Shown here one piece after another: positions 55,784 through 64,000 of a DNA stretch of 64,000 bases. The translations under genes were made by a program, and so were the position numbers. Within the stretch, counting starts at the first letter, position 1; each line of letters begins with the position of its first letter. The stretch covers positions 1,952,001-2,016,000 of the forward strand of contig OZ220691.1 in assembly GCA_965116475.1 (NCBI GenBank), written 5' to 3'. The notes below the pieces were generated by a model. That model was not told where the DNA came from and made no database searches. It saw only the letters and a program-made list of their open reading frames with translations. This DNA is from Gemmatimonadota bacterium (GTDB lineage: Bacteria > Gemmatimonadota > Gemmatimonadetes > Palauibacterales > Palauibacteraceae).

Positions 55784-57178
55784 CTACCACTCCATCTCGG
55801 GGAGGACGTCTGCCTGGAGGCGGAACATCTCGTTGATGGTGTGGACCGCGGCGCGGTAGGAATCCGTCGTGGGGTCGAGCAGCAGCGCCTGCAGCAGCGT
55901 CCCGCGGGAACGCTCGGCGAAGGCGTCGACGAGGAGGCGGTTGATCGACGTCTGAGTCCTGAGCAGTGCGAGGATTCCCTCGGGTAGCGCCTCCATGGCG
56001 GCGGGATGGAGGCCGCTCGCGTCGGCGCGGGCGGGGACCTCCACTACGGCGCCATCCGGCAGGCCGGGCACGTAGCCTTCGTTCGGCACGTTCACCGCGT
56101 CGAGATGCGTATCGATCCCGCACAGCACACCCTCCAGCAGGGGGGCCGCCAACTCTCCCGACGGGATGAGTTCCCCGCCCGCTCCGGCCTCGTCCCCCCC
56201 GTCGGGGTCGTCGCCGTTGTCCCGCACCCGGGGGAGCGGGGACTCAGGAAACGCCGGCACATCGGTCGGATTCTCGCCGAGGTTGTAGAGCCAGGTCGGG
56301 GTCTCTCCCGTTTCCCACGGGGCGCCGCGCACGGGGTCGTAGAAGAACTGGAGGAGGCTGCTGCCGAGGAATTCACGCGCCCAGCCCAGGTATTCGCCGA
56401 TGTGGTTCGCCCCGGGGCTGGGATACCGGTCGAAGACGCGGAACAGGATGCGGCTGAGCGCGATCTCGTCCCAGTCGTGCAGCCAGTGCGCCTCCCGCTC
56501 GCGGCGCCGGAGTCTCGGGTAGAGGTCCTCGCCCGTCTCGCGGTCGCGCACGGACTCGAACCAGCTGAAGTGGTTGAGCCCGCTCGCCCGGGCGTCGAGG
56601 CGCTCCACCGGCAGTTCCAGGAGCCGCGCCATCTGTTCCATCCCGTGGAAAACGCCGTGGCAGAGGCCGACGACGCGCACGGATGAGAGCCGGCTCTGGG
56701 CTTCGCAAAGCTTGGTGAGCGGGTTGGTGTAGTTGACGAGCCACGCTTTGGGGCAGTGGACCTCCATCGCCCGCGCCAACTCGACCGCCGGACCCATGTT
56801 GCGCAGGGCGTGGAAGAGGCCGCCCGGCCCCCCGTTCTCTCCGTAGATCTGGGAAGACCCGAACGCGCGGGGGACGTGGAAGTCCTGAGCCCAGTAGAAA
56901 TAGCGGTTGATCTCGATGGCGAGGACTACCGCATGGGCGCCGGGGAGGGCGGCCTCGAGGTCCGTCGTTGCGGACACGGCGACATCCCGGCCCAGCCGCT
57001 CCGCCACCGCCTCCGCGTACGCCCGCGTGCGGGGCAGCTCCGACGGGTCGATGTCGACGAGCGCCAGGCTCAATCCCCGATCACACAGCGGATCGCTGAG
57101 GAGCACGTCGCGGATCGAAGCGGGGCCGAACTCGCGGCTGCCGGCGCCGACGAGGACGATCCTGAGCGGGTCGTTCAT
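55784..57178 (-). CDS. Family 4 glycoside hydrolase (NAD+-dependent, alpha-galactosidase-like)
   Basis: IVLVGAGS, GENGGPGG, NYTNP, GLCHG, GLNHF, NVPN...VVEVP. Confidence 0.93.
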   Translation of the reverse strand: MNDPLRIVLVGAGSREFGPASIRDVLLSDPLCDRGLSLALVDIDPSELPRTRAYAEAVAERLGRDVAVSATTDLEAALPGAHAVVLAIEINRYFYWAQDFHVPRAFGSSQIYGENGGPGGLFHALRNMGPAVELARAMEVHCPKAWLVNYTNPLTKLCEAQSRLSSVRVVGLCHGVFHGMEQMARLLELPVERLDARASGLNHFSWFESVRDRETGEDLYPRLRRREREAHWLHDWDEIALSRILFRVFDRYPSPGANHIGEYLGWAREFLGSSLLQFFYDPVRGAPWETGETPTWLYNLGENPTDVPAFPESPLPRVRDNGDDPDGGDEAGAGGELIPSGELAAPLLEGVLCGIDTHLDAVNVPNEGYVPGLPDGAVVEVPARADASGLHPAAMEALPEGILALLRTQTSINRLLVDAFAERSRGTLLQALLLDPTTDSYRAAVHTINEMFRLQADVLPEMEW

Positions 57179-58986
57179 GGCGCAGTCCCGGAGGGTGAGG
57201 CGGGCGATGCGGGCGTGTCGGCGTGCGCGATGCGCACCGTGATGGCCCCCGCGGCCAGCGACACGGCGATCAGGAGCACGCCCACGCCGGGGCGGCCCGT
57301 GAGCAGGTAGCCGATGCCGAGCAGGCTGGCGTAGACGAAGAGCGCGCCGAGCAGGAAGCCCGGCCACATGCGGCTCGCGGGCGGGTCGGACGAGCGGACG
57401 CCGGTGCGCGCGGCCACCCGGTGCCACCAGCCGCCGGGGTGTACCCGCCGGTAGAAGCGGTCCAGCACCTCGTCCGGCTCGGGCCGGGTCACGAGCACGA
57501 CGGCCAGCCAGAGCGCGGTGCACGCGACGAGGATGACGACCGCCCGGATGAGGTCCATCTCCGGCGCGTAGAAGCCGTCGGCGGCCCGGATCGCCGCGGC
57601 GGGCAGCACGGGTTCGAGCGCGCCGACCAGGACGCGACCGTTGGCCAGGAGCACCGAGCCTGCCATGGCGGCGATCTCGGCCCACGCGTTCACCCGCCAC
57701 CAGTACCAGCGCAGGAGCCACACGAGCGCGACCCCCGCCGTGAGTTCGATGATGTAGATCCACCCCCGCTGGATGGAGTCCATCTGCCAGGCCACGCCCG
57801 CGGCGACCGCCGCCAGCAGCACAACCATGATCCGCGACGCCGCGACGTAGTGCCGCTCGGAGCGGTTCTTCCTCAGGAAGCGGCGGTAGACATCGTTCAC
57901 CATGTACGACGCCCCCCAGCAGAGGTGCGTGTCCATCGTGCTCATGAACGCGGCCAGGAAGGTGGCGACCATCAGCCCCCGGAGTCCGGCCGGCATGAGT
58001 TCCCGGATCATCATCGGATAGGCGAGTTCCGGGTCGGCCGCGAGCGCCGGGTCCATGGCCGCCGGCGGGAAGACGAGGAGCGATCCGAGTCCCACCACGA
58101 TCCAGGGCCAGGTGAGGAGCACGGTCCCCGCGAAGGCGAACCACAGCGACGCCTTCACGGCCTGGCGCTCGTCCCGCGTCGCGAACAGGCGCTGGGCCAC
58201 GTAGCCGTCGCCCTGCCCGCTCCTCAGCCACAGGATGCCGATGAGGCAGATGAAGGAGACGATCTCGAGCGACGAGGCGGTGCCGGCGGACGGCACGAGA
58301 TCCAGCGCCCCCGGCGGCGCCTGCGGCACGTCGCGCACGGCGTCCGCCATCGCCGCCGGGCCGCCGAAACGGGTGAGCACGATCCCCGCCAGGGTGATCG
58401 CCCCGAGCATGCCCGCGACGAACTGGAGGAGGTCGGTGACGACGACGCCCCAGAGTCCCGACGCGACCGTGTAGGCGAGCGCGAGCCCGACGCAGACGGC
58501 CAGCGTCACGGCGGGGTCCCAGCCCAGCAGCACCCGGCTGAACTTCACCATCGCGAGCATGACCCAGCCCATGACGACGGCGTTCTTGAGGAGGCCCTGG
58601 TAGACCGCCGAGAAGGTCCGCAGCGCCCGGGCCGGCGCCCCGCCGTAGCGGATCTCGATGACCTCGGCGTCGGTGAGGACGCCCGCCCGCCGCCACAGGC
58701 GCGCGTAGAAGAAGGTCAGCATGAGGATCCCCGCCGCTTCGTACCACCAGAGCCAGTTGCCGTACACGCCCTGCCGGCGCACGAGGGCGGCCGTCGCGAG
58801 CGGGGCGTCCGTCGCGAACCACGTGGCCGCGATGGACGTGCCCGCGAGCCACCAGGGAAGCGAGCGGCCGGCGATGAAGTAGTCCTCGACGCTGCCGCCC
58901 GCCCGCCTCGCGAACCCGAACCCGATGGCGAGGACGATCGCGCCGTAGACGCCGACGACGACCCAGTCGAGCGTGGTCAGCGCCAT
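57175..58986 (-). CDS. Sodium:solute symporter
   Basis: DYFIAGRSLPWW, ATWFATD, GLWGVVVTD, QRLF, AAFMST. Confidence 0.93.
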   Translation of the reverse strand: MALTTLDWVVVGVYGAIVLAIGFGFARRAGGSVEDYFIAGRSLPWWLAGTSIAATWFATDAPLATAALVRRQGVYGNWLWWYEAAGILMLTFFYARLWRRAGVLTDAEVIEIRYGGAPARALRTFSAVYQGLLKNAVVMGWVMLAMVKFSRVLLGWDPAVTLAVCVGLALAYTVASGLWGVVVTDLLQFVAGMLGAITLAGIVLTRFGGPAAMADAVRDVPQAPPGALDLVPSAGTASSLEIVSFICLIGILWLRSGQGDGYVAQRLFATRDERQAVKASLWFAFAGTVLLTWPWIVVGLGSLLVFPPAAMDPALAADPELAYPMMIRELMPAGLRGLMVATFLAAFMSTMDTHLCWGASYMVNDVYRRFLRKNRSERHYVAASRIMVVLLAAVAAGVAWQMDSIQRGWIYIIELTAGVALVWLLRWYWWRVNAWAEIAAMAGSVLLANGRVLVGALEPVLPAAAIRAADGFYAPEMDLIRAVVILVACTALWLAVVLVTRPEPDEVLDRFYRRVHPGGWWHRVAARTGVRSSDPPASRMWPGFLLGALFVYASLLGIGYLLTGRPGVGVLLIAVSLAAGAITVRIAHADTPASPASPSGTAP

Positions 58987-61781
58987 GAAACGACGTTGGA
59001 GATGACGTTGGAGAGGATGCGGTAGGCGCCCGGCACGCCGTACGGCAGTTGCCGGTGGAGAGCGAGCGCGAGGTAGGTGTAGCGCCCCTCGCCCACGGGG
59101 GCCGTGAGCCAGACGCCCTCCTGCGGCGCCTGACCCGTGTCGTGCGTCTCCACGAGCGGCGTGTACGCCGGATCCCACTCGGAGAAGAACTTGGAGCCGC
59201 GCTGCTCGATCCACCCCTCGAAATCGGCCTCGGTGATGCGGTTCGGCGCGGTCATGAAGGGGTGGTCGGGCCGGAGCAGGCGGACCGGCGCATCCTCCTC
59301 CGACACCTCTTCCGCTCCCCGTGGAAGGGACGCCGGATACGGCGCCATCTCCGTGGGCACGTACTCCTGCGTCTGGTAGAGGACGACGAGGTGCCCGCCC
59401 CGGTCAGCGTACTCCAGGAGACGCCGGTTGTGTTCGACGAGGTCTTCCCGCACGGCGTAGGCGCGCGTGCCCACGACGATCGCGTGGAATCCCGCCCCGT
59501 CCCCGGCATCGTCTCCGGAACCCGCGCCGGCGGCCGGATCCAGTTCCGCGAGCGCGGCTTCGTCCAGCAGTTGGACCGTGGCGCCGAGCGCCTCGATCCC
59601 GGCCGGCACCTCATCTCCGACCCCCATCACGTAGCCGACCCGGATGCCTTCCAGATCGGCGACGGGAACGGACCGAACCGGCATGCGGGCGGGCCGCCAG
59701 AGCCGGGCCAGCGGCAGATCCCGGTGTTCGATGGTCCGGTATCCCCGGCGATAGTCCACTCCCCGCGCCCGGGCCACGGCCGCGACCTCCGCCTCGCCTC
59801 GCCATCCGGCCGGAGGCGCGATGACGAACGCCGCGTCCACGACCTCGCCCGGGTTGCGGAACTCGTGTTCCACCATGGCGGGGGTGCCGGGGGCCGTCGT
59901 CCACCCCTCCGGCAGCTCGAGACGAATGGCGGCGGAGAGGGGCGCCGCGTTCGCCGCGACCCGCGCGCGCACCTCCATCGGCCCCGCGGCCGACCCGCCG
60001 CCGCCACCCGCGCCGCTGTCGCCGCTCCCGCCGTCCACCGGCACGATGCCCACGCCCGGAGCCAGGGAAACGGAGAGGACCGGCAGCGTCTCGGCCCTCC
60101 GTGTCACGGTGCCGTAGGGCAGCCGAGAGACGGAGGCCGTCACCGGCACCGTGCGCGCGATGGCGTGCCCCCCGACGGCGAGTTCGACCCCCGCCGCCAG
60201 CGCCGGCCGCCGCCACGGAAGGTGAAGGTCCGCCGAATCCGCCACCTGGTAGTGGTTCTCCGACACGTCCCCGCGTCCGAAGTACGGCGCGGCGGGCGGG
60301 GCCGGCACCCGGACCTCGATCGCCTCCAGCGAGCCGTCCGTCCGACGCGCGATCCGGCTCGGCGGCGCCAGAATCTCGCCGCCGCGGCCCGCGATCCACG
60401 CCCTGACCCCGTCGCCCGCCGCGGACCCCGGCGCCTCGATCCGAAGGCGGATCACGGCCGGCTCGCCCGGCGCCAGAACGGCCTCGCCGCCGCCGGCCGC
60501 GCCGCCCGCCAGCTCCGCGGACACGACGGTCCCGCTCGCCGCCAGAAGCGCTTCCTCGAACTGCCGTTCCTTCAGCGAGAGCTGAAACCGCGTCTCAGGC
60601 GCGTCCGGCAGCGCGGCGCTCACCGCCCGGACCCATCCCAGCCCGCGGGCGACGTCGGCGACGGCGCGCCCCGGATCGCGGAAATCGAACGTCTCCGCCA
60701 CCGTGCCGACGAGGCGGTCCAGTTCGGCGAGCAGCGAGTCCGCCTCGGGAGAGGACGCCTCGCCCAGGAGCCCGGGGAGTCCTCTCAGCGTTGTGTCGAG
60801 CCCCGCGAAGAACGAATCCGCGCTGCCCGTCGTCGCGCGCGCCCCGGCCCCCGCCCCGCCGCCAGTGCCGTCGAGGCGCTCGTAGAAATAGCGGCCGCCG
60901 CCCGTCCGCACGCGCCCCGCCGTCTGGGAACGCTGCAAACCGAGCCCCCGGCTGGCCCAGCGCTGGTACGTATCGCCGAGCCACGGGCTCTTCCCGGCCG
61001 CGTTCACCTCCACGTCGTAGGGTTCGTCGACGCGAACCCCTCCGCGGAACGTGCGGAGGACCCGCCAGGGCCGGAGCCCCTCTTCGGAGATCTGGCGCGG
61101 AAAGCGGGTCGGGTCCGCGGCCGCGGCCACCGCTTCCGGCGGCAGCAGCCCCGCCGCGTGGTGGTGGCCGTGCCCGTCGCGCGCCGACCCGTGGAAGCGG
61201 CTTACGACGACGAGCGGCCGGTTGAGGCGGATGACGCGCACCATGTCCTCGAGCACCGCCTCCCGGTCCCAACTGCGGAAGGCTTCGTCCACCGACTTCG
61301 AGTAGCCGTAGTCGACCGCCATCGTGAAGTAGAGGTCGTCCAGGCCGTAGTAGCGGCCGGAGAGGACGAGTTCGCGCGTCCGGATCAGGCCGAGGGCGTC
61401 GAAGAGTTCCGGGCCGATCGCGTTCGCCCCGGCCTCGCCGCGGTTGAGGCTGAGGAGGGCGGTCCGGGCGCCCCACCCCCGGCTGGCCAGCGTGAGCATG
61501 CCGGCGTGTTCGTCGTCCGGGTGCGCCGTGACGTGGAGCAGGCTCGCGGTAGTGGCGAGCTTGCGGATGCGGTGCCAGGCCCCCATCGCCCCGCGGTCCA
61601 CGTCCAGCCGTTCCTCTCCCACCGGCGCCGGGAAGGCGAGGACGCGGTCCGGCGCCCGGCCGGCGGGACTCGACTGCGCCGCCGCCGCGGCAGCCCCCAC
61701 GAGGGTCGCCAGCGCCGCCGCGGCCGCCACGGTCGCCACCGGAAGGACGGCGCCGAGTCGGAGCTGCCTGCGATCGATCAT
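58977..61781 (-). CDS. Secreted PIG-L/LmbE-family deacetylase with Ig-like and C-terminal domains
   Basis: Signal peptide; AHPDDE, RGEAGAN, DYGYSK, HGHH; GYVMGVGD...VVGTRAY C-terminal domain. Confidence 0.9.
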   Translation of the reverse strand: MIDRRQLRLGAVLPVATVAAAAALATLVGAAAAAAQSSPAGRAPDRVLAFPAPVGEERLDVDRGAMGAWHRIRKLATTASLLHVTAHPDDEHAGMLTLASRGWGARTALLSLNRGEAGANAIGPELFDALGLIRTRELVLSGRYYGLDDLYFTMAVDYGYSKSVDEAFRSWDREAVLEDMVRVIRLNRPLVVVSRFHGSARDGHGHHHAAGLLPPEAVAAAADPTRFPRQISEEGLRPWRVLRTFRGGVRVDEPYDVEVNAAGKSPWLGDTYQRWASRGLGLQRSQTAGRVRTGGGRYFYERLDGTGGGAGAGARATTGSADSFFAGLDTTLRGLPGLLGEASSPEADSLLAELDRLVGTVAETFDFRDPGRAVADVARGLGWVRAVSAALPDAPETRFQLSLKERQFEEALLAASGTVVSAELAGGAAGGGEAVLAPGEPAVIRLRIEAPGSAAGDGVRAWIAGRGGEILAPPSRIARRTDGSLEAIEVRVPAPPAAPYFGRGDVSENHYQVADSADLHLPWRRPALAAGVELAVGGHAIARTVPVTASVSRLPYGTVTRRAETLPVLSVSLAPGVGIVPVDGGSGDSGAGGGGGSAAGPMEVRARVAANAAPLSAAIRLELPEGWTTAPGTPAMVEHEFRNPGEVVDAAFVIAPPAGWRGEAEVAAVARARGVDYRRGYRTIEHRDLPLARLWRPARMPVRSVPVADLEGIRVGYVMGVGDEVPAGIEALGATVQLLDEAALAELDPAAGAGSGDDAGDGAGFHAIVVGTRAYAVREDLVEHNRRLLEYADRGGHLVVLYQTQEYVPTEMAPYPASLPRGAEEVSEEDAPVRLLRPDHPFMTAPNRITEADFEGWIEQRGSKFFSEWDPAYTPLVETHDTGQAPQEGVWLTAPVGEGRYTYLALALHRQLPYGVPGAYRILSNVISNVVSWR

Positions 61782-61913
61782 GGATCATCCAGGTCGGAGG
61801 GTCCGCGTTCGCATCGTGCCCGCGGGCGGAAGTCCGGGCAAGGAGGGCTTGCGAGCGAGCCCAGCCCGCCGATACTCAGACGGATCGTTCCACGGCCGCC
61901 AACTCCGGACCCG

Positions 61914-62201
61914 ATGACAGACGCCAACATCCAGATCACGGTTGAGGGAACCCCGAACCCGCACGCGGCGAAGTTCGTGCTGGACCGCGACATTCCCGGC
62001 GAGGGGAGCCGCAGCTATTTCGATCCCGAGTCCGCCGCCGGGGACCCGCTGGCGGCGCGCCTGTTCGAGGTGGATGGGGTCCGCGCCCTGCTCATCGTCG
62101 AGAACTTCATCACGGTGACGAAGACCGCCGCGCTCGGGTGGCCGGACCTGCTGGACGAGATCGAGGAAGCCATCCTGAACGCGCTCCCCGCGCTGCAGTA
62201 A
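61914..62201 (+). CDS. NifU N-terminal (Nfu_N) domain protein
   Basis: TPNPHAAKF, PLAARLF.VDGV, FITVTK...W. Confidence 0.9.
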   Translation: MTDANIQITVEGTPNPHAAKFVLDRDIPGEGSRSYFDPESAAGDPLAARLFEVDGVRALLIVENFITVTKTAALGWPDLLDEIEEAILNALPALQ

Positions 62202-62375
62202 TCGCCGTCCGACCCCCCTCATTTGGGGGAGGAACCGTGCCCGCCGCGAGCTTGCCGTCGTGCCCTCATATTGTTATGGCACAACGTGTTGATACCAGGT
62301 ACATACCTCCCCTTAGGATCGTTCTTGGGCGACGGAACCACCGGCGCCAGGTCCATCACCTCGGGAAGGAGGAAC

Positions 62376-64000
62376 ATGTTCACGCTGCGCTGCTTCGGCG
62401 AAGTCGTGGCCTCGGACGCACGCGGGACAAGGATCTCGCTGCGGTCACGGAAGCACACGGGTCTCCTGCTCTACCTCGTGGCGCACCCCGGCACGGTCCA
62501 CATGCGGGAGACGCTCGCCGATCTGCTCTGGGATAGTCGCGACAGGAAAGCGCGACACTCGCTCAGCCAGGCCCTCTACGACATCCGCTCATCCGTCGGT
62601 CCCGTCATCGCCGTGGACGCCAACACGGTCCGGCTCGTGCCGCAGCGGGTCACCTATGAACTCGATGCTTTCGAGCGAGCGTTCCGGGCCGGGGACCACG
62701 AGACGGTCATCGATCTGTACCGGGGAGACTTCGCCCCCGGCCTGCTCAACCTGGGAGCCGACGAGTTCGAGCGCTGGCTGGACGGCGAACGCGAGCGCTG
62801 CCGCGTTCTGGTCGCCATGGCACTCAAGAACGTGCAACAGGCGGCCGAGGAGAGAGGCGACTGGGACCAGACGTGCCTGGCGGCGCTCCGGCTCGTGAGG
62901 CAAAACGAGTTCGACGAACACGCCCACAGCACCCTCATGCGTGCGTTATGCATGAAGGGCGACTACGCCTCCGCCCTCGCCTACTACCGGGCACTGGAGA
63001 AGTGCGGCTGGGTCGCCAGCGCCGCGACGCTGACGGAAACGGCGGCGTGGGCCCGGAGCCAGCTTGACGGCGCACCGCCCGTGGTCCGCGAGCCCCACGA
63101 ACCGCAGTTGTCGAATCGAGGAGGAGAATTCCGCCAGCTGAGCCTCGCCCTCCGTTCGTCCCGCGCCTTGCCCGTACGGTTGGTCCTGGCCGGCGAGCGC
63201 GGCCTCGGGCGGGAAGACGTGGTACGGAGCTTCGCCAGGTCCGTTTACAGCGGTGGAGGGTTGGTGCAGTGGCTGCCGCCGGATCTTGCGGGGGCACGGG
63301 AGGACCTGGCCACGGAGTTGGACCGGTACCCCGGAAAGACCCGGCTCATCGTCATCAAGGCCGATGTGGGCGATTGGGCCGCCGTCGATGACGTCATGCG
63401 AACGGCGGACTTCTCGGGCGCCCTGGTCGTCGGCTTCTCGAACCCGGAGGCGGCTCGGCAGGCGGAAGCCGCGCATCTGGTCGACTTCGTGATCCCCTTC
63501 GATCCGCTCACCATCGACGCGTGCGCGGCGTCGCTTCGGCTCATCGAGAGGGACTGCAGTCGTCCGCAGGCGCTCGAGAGTGCGAGGCTCTCCGGAGGCA
63601 ATCCGGCCCTGGCCAGGGCCATCCTCGGGGCGTGGATGCGGCACGGCTTCAGCCCCGCCACCGCCGGCGACCGGGAATCGGGCGGTCGATTGGCCTATGA
63701 GCAGTCCGCTGAGGTCCGGTCGATCGTCGGCGATCAACTGGAGACCCTCTCCCTAGCGGAGGAACGCCTGGCGACGGCGCTGGTGCTGCTCACCCGTGCG
63801 GCGCGCGCGCACGCCGAGTCGGTCGTGGCCGGACACTCGAGTCGGAATGCCCTTGAAGGGCTCCGGGCCAAGGGCTGGCTGCACTCCGAGGCCGGCCAGT
63901 GGACGGTGAGCCGCCCTCTGGCCGGCGCAGTGCTCACATGGAATCTGCCGCCGGACGAGAAAACGAAGGTACATTTGGCAGCCGCTCAAACTCTCGAACA
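62376..64000 (+). CDS. SARP/BTAD transcriptional regulator with AAA-like domain, runs off window end
   Basis: Hand translation: MFTLRCFG, LLLYL, RETLADLLW, ARHSLSQALY, LYRGDF, FERWLDGER, DEHAH..LMR; SD AAGGAGG. Confidence 0.88.
   Translation, partial: MFTLRCFGEVVASDARGTRISLRSRKHTGLLLYLVAHPGTVHMRETLADLLWDSRDRKARHSLSQALYDIRSSVGPVIAVDANTVRLVPQRVTYELDAFERAFRAGDHETVIDLYRGDFAPGLLNLGADEFERWLDGERERCRVLVAMALKNVQQAAEERGDWDQTCLAALRLVRQNEFDEHAHSTLMRALCMKGDYASALAYYRALEKCGWVASAATLTETAAWARSQLDGAPPVVREPHEPQLSNRGGEFRQLSLALRSSRALPVRLVLAGERGLGREDVVRSFARSVYSGGGLVQWLPPDLAGAREDLATELDRYPGKTRLIVIKADVGDWAAVDDVMRTADFSGALVVGFSNPEAARQAEAAHLVDFVIPFDPLTIDACAASLRLIERDCSRPQALESARLSGGNPALARAILGAWMRHGFSPATAGDRESGGRLAYEQSAEVRSIVGDQLETLSLAEERLATALVLLTRAARAHAESVVAGHSSRNALEGLRAKGWLHSEAGQWTVSRPLAGAVLTWNLPPDEKTKVHLAAAQTLE

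Noticed and set aside
55784..58852. 1022-aa ORF suggesting a long GH4 fusion
   Set aside because: The upstream part is an off-frame read of the symporter; GH4 begins at ATG 57178. ORFs 38735..40522, 40027..41829, 50281..51684, 50949..52874 and 59049..62201 are similarly over-extended.
62266..62304. 12-aa minus-strand ORF MYLVSTRCAITI after an AAGGGGAGG sequence
   Set aside because: SD-to-ATG spacing is only 1 nt and there is no other support.

Overview
High-GC bacterial chromosomal window with about 50 genes. The gene content (plant-type LRR/Ig lipoproteins, many secreted beta-propellers, a SARP/BTAD regulator, PIN toxin-antitoxin pairs) suggests a host-associated, Gemmatimonadota-like organism; this is inference, not a database result. 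Core and metabolic genes include a cystathionine gamma-synthase/lyase, a sarcosine-oxidase-like operon with a fused alpha-gamma subunit, an M20 deacylase, amidase, VPS10 hydrolase, ggt, dipeptidase, dsbD, PiT transporter, hisN, sodA, pfkA, lon, ispH, a two-subunit TPP decarboxylase, acyl-CoA dehydrogenase plus hydratase, and a PIG-L/symporter/GH4 operon. The most notable accessory element is a cassette at 5.8-7.4 kb: a small secreted Cys-rich peptide with an NVEALA-like motif, translationally coupled to a 6-bladed beta-propeller lipoprotein. It has an ATA start and a candidate promoter with a G9 tract in its spacer, and lies between two copies of a 123-bp soxG fragment. A second cassette (phd-vapC) is likewise bracketed by a duplicated fragment of the neighbouring amidase gene. 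A ~170-bp MITE-like family has two full copies and one diverged copy; two of the three abut TA operon ends. Several enzymes have degenerate catalytic motifs. No tRNA, rRNA, CRISPR array, integrase or transposase was recognised.
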